A stretch of 61,688 nt of DNA, the filler included, from Globobulimina sp. (Eukaryota): assembly GCA_003354225.1 (NCBI GenBank). It is 21 parts of 21 records of this genome, joined end to end, with 100 filler letters (N's around TTAATTAATTAA, not from the genome) between each part and the next. Parts side by side here need not be neighbours in the genome. Positions count along the whole stretch, not along the records: positions 58,849 to 61,688 come from PIVH01004669.1; 20 more parts are not named here. One strand, written 5' to 3'. Position numbers and translations under genes: made by a program. Under the pieces are notes generated by a model. That model was not told where the DNA came from and did no database searches. It worked only from the letters and a program-made list of their open reading frames with translations. Each line of letters opens with the position of its first letter. The first letter of the stretch is position 1. Of the stretch, positions 58,995-61,688 are shown piece by piece.

Positions 58995-61688
58995 ATGTCT
59001 AAAAAAGCACTCTTAGATATTTGGTCTGTTCAATTTATCCCATTGGAACGTACTATATATACTCAAAGATCAATTTTTTTACAACAAGCTCTTGTAGATA
59101 GACCTCCTATATCCAAAATAGCTGAATTAGGCTACATCGACGACACTGCACAACTTTCTCGCATAATGGACACCGACAATCCAAACGAAACCAATGAAAC
59201 CAATGAAAGCAATGAAAGCAACGAAACAAATGAAACCAATGAAGCAAATGAAACAAATGAAGTAAATGAAGCAAATGAATCAAAAATAGAACTCGATGCT
59301 AATAACACTGAAAATATAAATGAAAATAGCAACAATGACAAACCACAAGAAAACAATGACCAACCACAAGAAAACAATACTAACGACGACCATAAACAAG
59401 AAGAAAATACAGAACAAAATACACAAGAAAGCAACACCAATGATACAGCACCAGAAAGCACACCGCCACAGAATACAAACACAGAGCTCGAGCTAGAAGT
59501 AGGCGATTACGTAGAATTAGCAGATGGCATTCGCGGCATCATACAGTTTATAGGCCCCACCGAGTTTGCAAAAGGAGAATTAGTGGGTTTACAAATGTTA
59601 ACCTACGACACCGACGGCGAAGATGGCACCAAAAACGACAAAACTTACTTTGAATGCAAGCCCGGCTACGCACATTGGACACGTACAGAGAAAATAAAAA
59701 CGCACTCAAAAACAGCACCTACGCCTCCACCGCAACAGTCTTCGTCGCCGCCACCGCAGGAACCTCAATCTTACGTAGAACGTTTCTCCTCCATCTCAGA
59801 CTGGAAGATCCCCACCGAATTATTGGAAGAGGCCAAGCGTTTGGACCAAGACTCTGACTCCGATGAGTTAATAGACACTCAACAGCATCCCGACAGCCTC
59901 GCCATCGCCGTCCGTATCGGTGACCGCGTCATCACCGTCAGTGGGCATACCGGCATCGTACGTTATATCGGCGTTGCTCATTTCAGCCATTCCCACGACA
60001 ACATCACCGATATCATCGGCATTGAATTAGACAAATGGACCGCGACGGGACATAATGGCACTGTCGAAGGGTATACATACTTTACCTGTATACAGGGCCG
60101 AGGTTATTTCATCACCGCCACGGGGATTGCGTCCAATTTGGGCGCCACTATGGCCAAACGACGCAAGTCCAGCATCCTAATGAACGCACACATGCTACCC
60201 AAGGATGTGTTGGCCGATATGAGTGACCTAAAAGCAGACGAACACAAGCTCGAAATGAGTAATATCAAGCGGCAAATTCAGAAGATTGAGAAAAAACTAC
60301 ATGAGATTTCCGTCCTGCAACAACAACAGAAACAGGGCGATGTATTAGACAGCGCTCAATTGACCAAAATCGACCGTAAGAAGCACTTAAAAGGGAAATT
60401 AGACACATTGACACAGTCATTGATGGACATCAACCCCACGCCGCGGGTACAAGGCATCAAGGCGCCGCTGCCGCAGATCAACTTCAATGTGGGCGATGTG
60501 GTGAAATTAGAACGCGGCAAGACCGGCGTGGTGAAGTTCGTGGGGGAGACCGAGTTCGCCAGCGGCGAGGTGATTGGCTTGGAATTGGACACTTGGACAC
60601 CGGCGGGACACAATGGCAGTGTGCGGGGAAAGTGCTACTTCGAAGCGCAGGAAGGTAGGGGGTATTTTACGCGGAGGTCCAACATATTGAACGTGGTGTT
60701 GCCGTTGGTGGCGCCGCTCAGGAAACGGAGGATGAGCATCAAGTATAAGTTGAATCCCTTGTACGTGGGCGATAGGGTACGGATGCAGACCGATGATACA
60801 CGCAATGGGCGTGCCGGCGTAGTGCGCTACATCGGATACCCCAGTTTCACGGATGGAGAGGTGGTGGGATTGGAGTTGGATGAGTGGTGCATCAATGCGC
60901 ACAATGGCTTTGTGGACGGCGTGCAGGTGTTTGTGTGCAGTACGCCGGGCAGAGGCATCTTTTTGCGACGCGATGAGGTGGAGAAGTACGACCCATTGAA
61001 GGAGAAATTGAAGGAAATCATCAAGAACTTGAAGTTGGGCGACACGGTGTTGCTCAGTAACAATCGCAAGGGACATGTCAAGTACATCGGGCCCGTCACG
61101 GGCTACGATGAGATGATTGGCGTCGAGTTGGAAGCGTGGAGCCCGCAGGCAAAGGATGGACGGTATGATTTGTTGAGAAAAAAGCAGCAGAAAACCACAC
61201 AAAATCACTTTATAATTATAAAATGTATACAAACCTATATAGTTACGATGGATTTCGTTACTTTACGGCGCCCGACGGACGCGGCATATTTATTAAACGG
61301 TCGACGATTATGGACGTGATACCGTTGGAGGCCATCCCTCAGATTGAAGACGACAAATACGACGAAGAGGACACTGGCACTGAGACCGGCGACGACAAAC
61401 AAGACAGCACCGTGACGCCGGTGGTGGGCAACCGGGTGAAATTAAGTAAGGGCCGATTCGGTATCATCCACAGCATCGACGAGATGGATGACGGCTCGTT
61501 GGAGTATGCCATTGATATTTCGCAGTTGATCTCGCGTACACTGTTAGGCGGGAAGCACACCGTCGATATCGCGCATAAACGGCAACATAGCATGGCCGGG
61601 GCCTATAAAAAGGCGCCGGATAAACAGATACAGTCCGCGCGGCAGAGCGGCTTATTAGACATCGAAGACTTGCACGGCGGCAAGATAT
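58995..61688 (+). CDS. Protein with at least five CAP-Gly domains; intron 61163-61242; 3'-partial
   Basis: Five VGD.V....G.V.(F/Y).G...F..G..(I/V)G.ELD......(N/D)G....YF....G.G.F units; splicing completes the fifth. Confidence 0.9.
59183..59280 (+). repeat. 9-bp coding tandem repeat (AAYGAAnnn; NET/NES/NEA), about 11 copies
   Basis: aacgaaaccaatgaaaccaatgaaagcaatgaaagc... Confidence 0.85.

Noticed and set aside
2946-61688. Stop-codon reassignment explaining broken ORFs
   Set aside because: TAA, TAG and TGA all end conserved genes, and most breaks resolve as GT-AG introns.

Overview
This window is not one locus. It is 21 unlinked contigs of about 2.84 kb joined by artificial 100-nt spacers (44 N + TTAATTAATTAA + 44 N), so adjacency across spacers has no meaning. 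Twenty contigs look like an AT-rich, gene-dense protist genome with short (about 50-110 nt) GT-AG introns and the standard code. Gene content and family types suggest a foraminiferan/rhizarian, which is an inference. Recognisable genes include CYFIP, Sec15/EXOC6, LMBRD1, an axonemal dynein heavy chain, a PLS-type PPR protein, WDR7, RPN8, a TEY MAP kinase, saccharopine dehydrogenase, UPF1, UNC-93 and a multi-CAP-Gly protein. The standout is contig 35322-38163, a Polinton/Maverick (adintovirus-like) gene block: integrase-chromodomain, minor capsid, a basic core-like protein and a major capsid protein. The major capsid gene is invisible in the ORF track because four spliceosomal introns split it. 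Other notable items: a short SOCS-box-like motif recurring in four unrelated proteins, a jacalin + ADP-ribosyltransferase protein, a NADAR-SPRY fusion, several apparent pseudo-enzymes, a hairpin that supplies the PPR stop codon, and a 5' C/A to 3' G/T compositional switch along genes. All family assignments come from motif recognition by eye; no searches were run.
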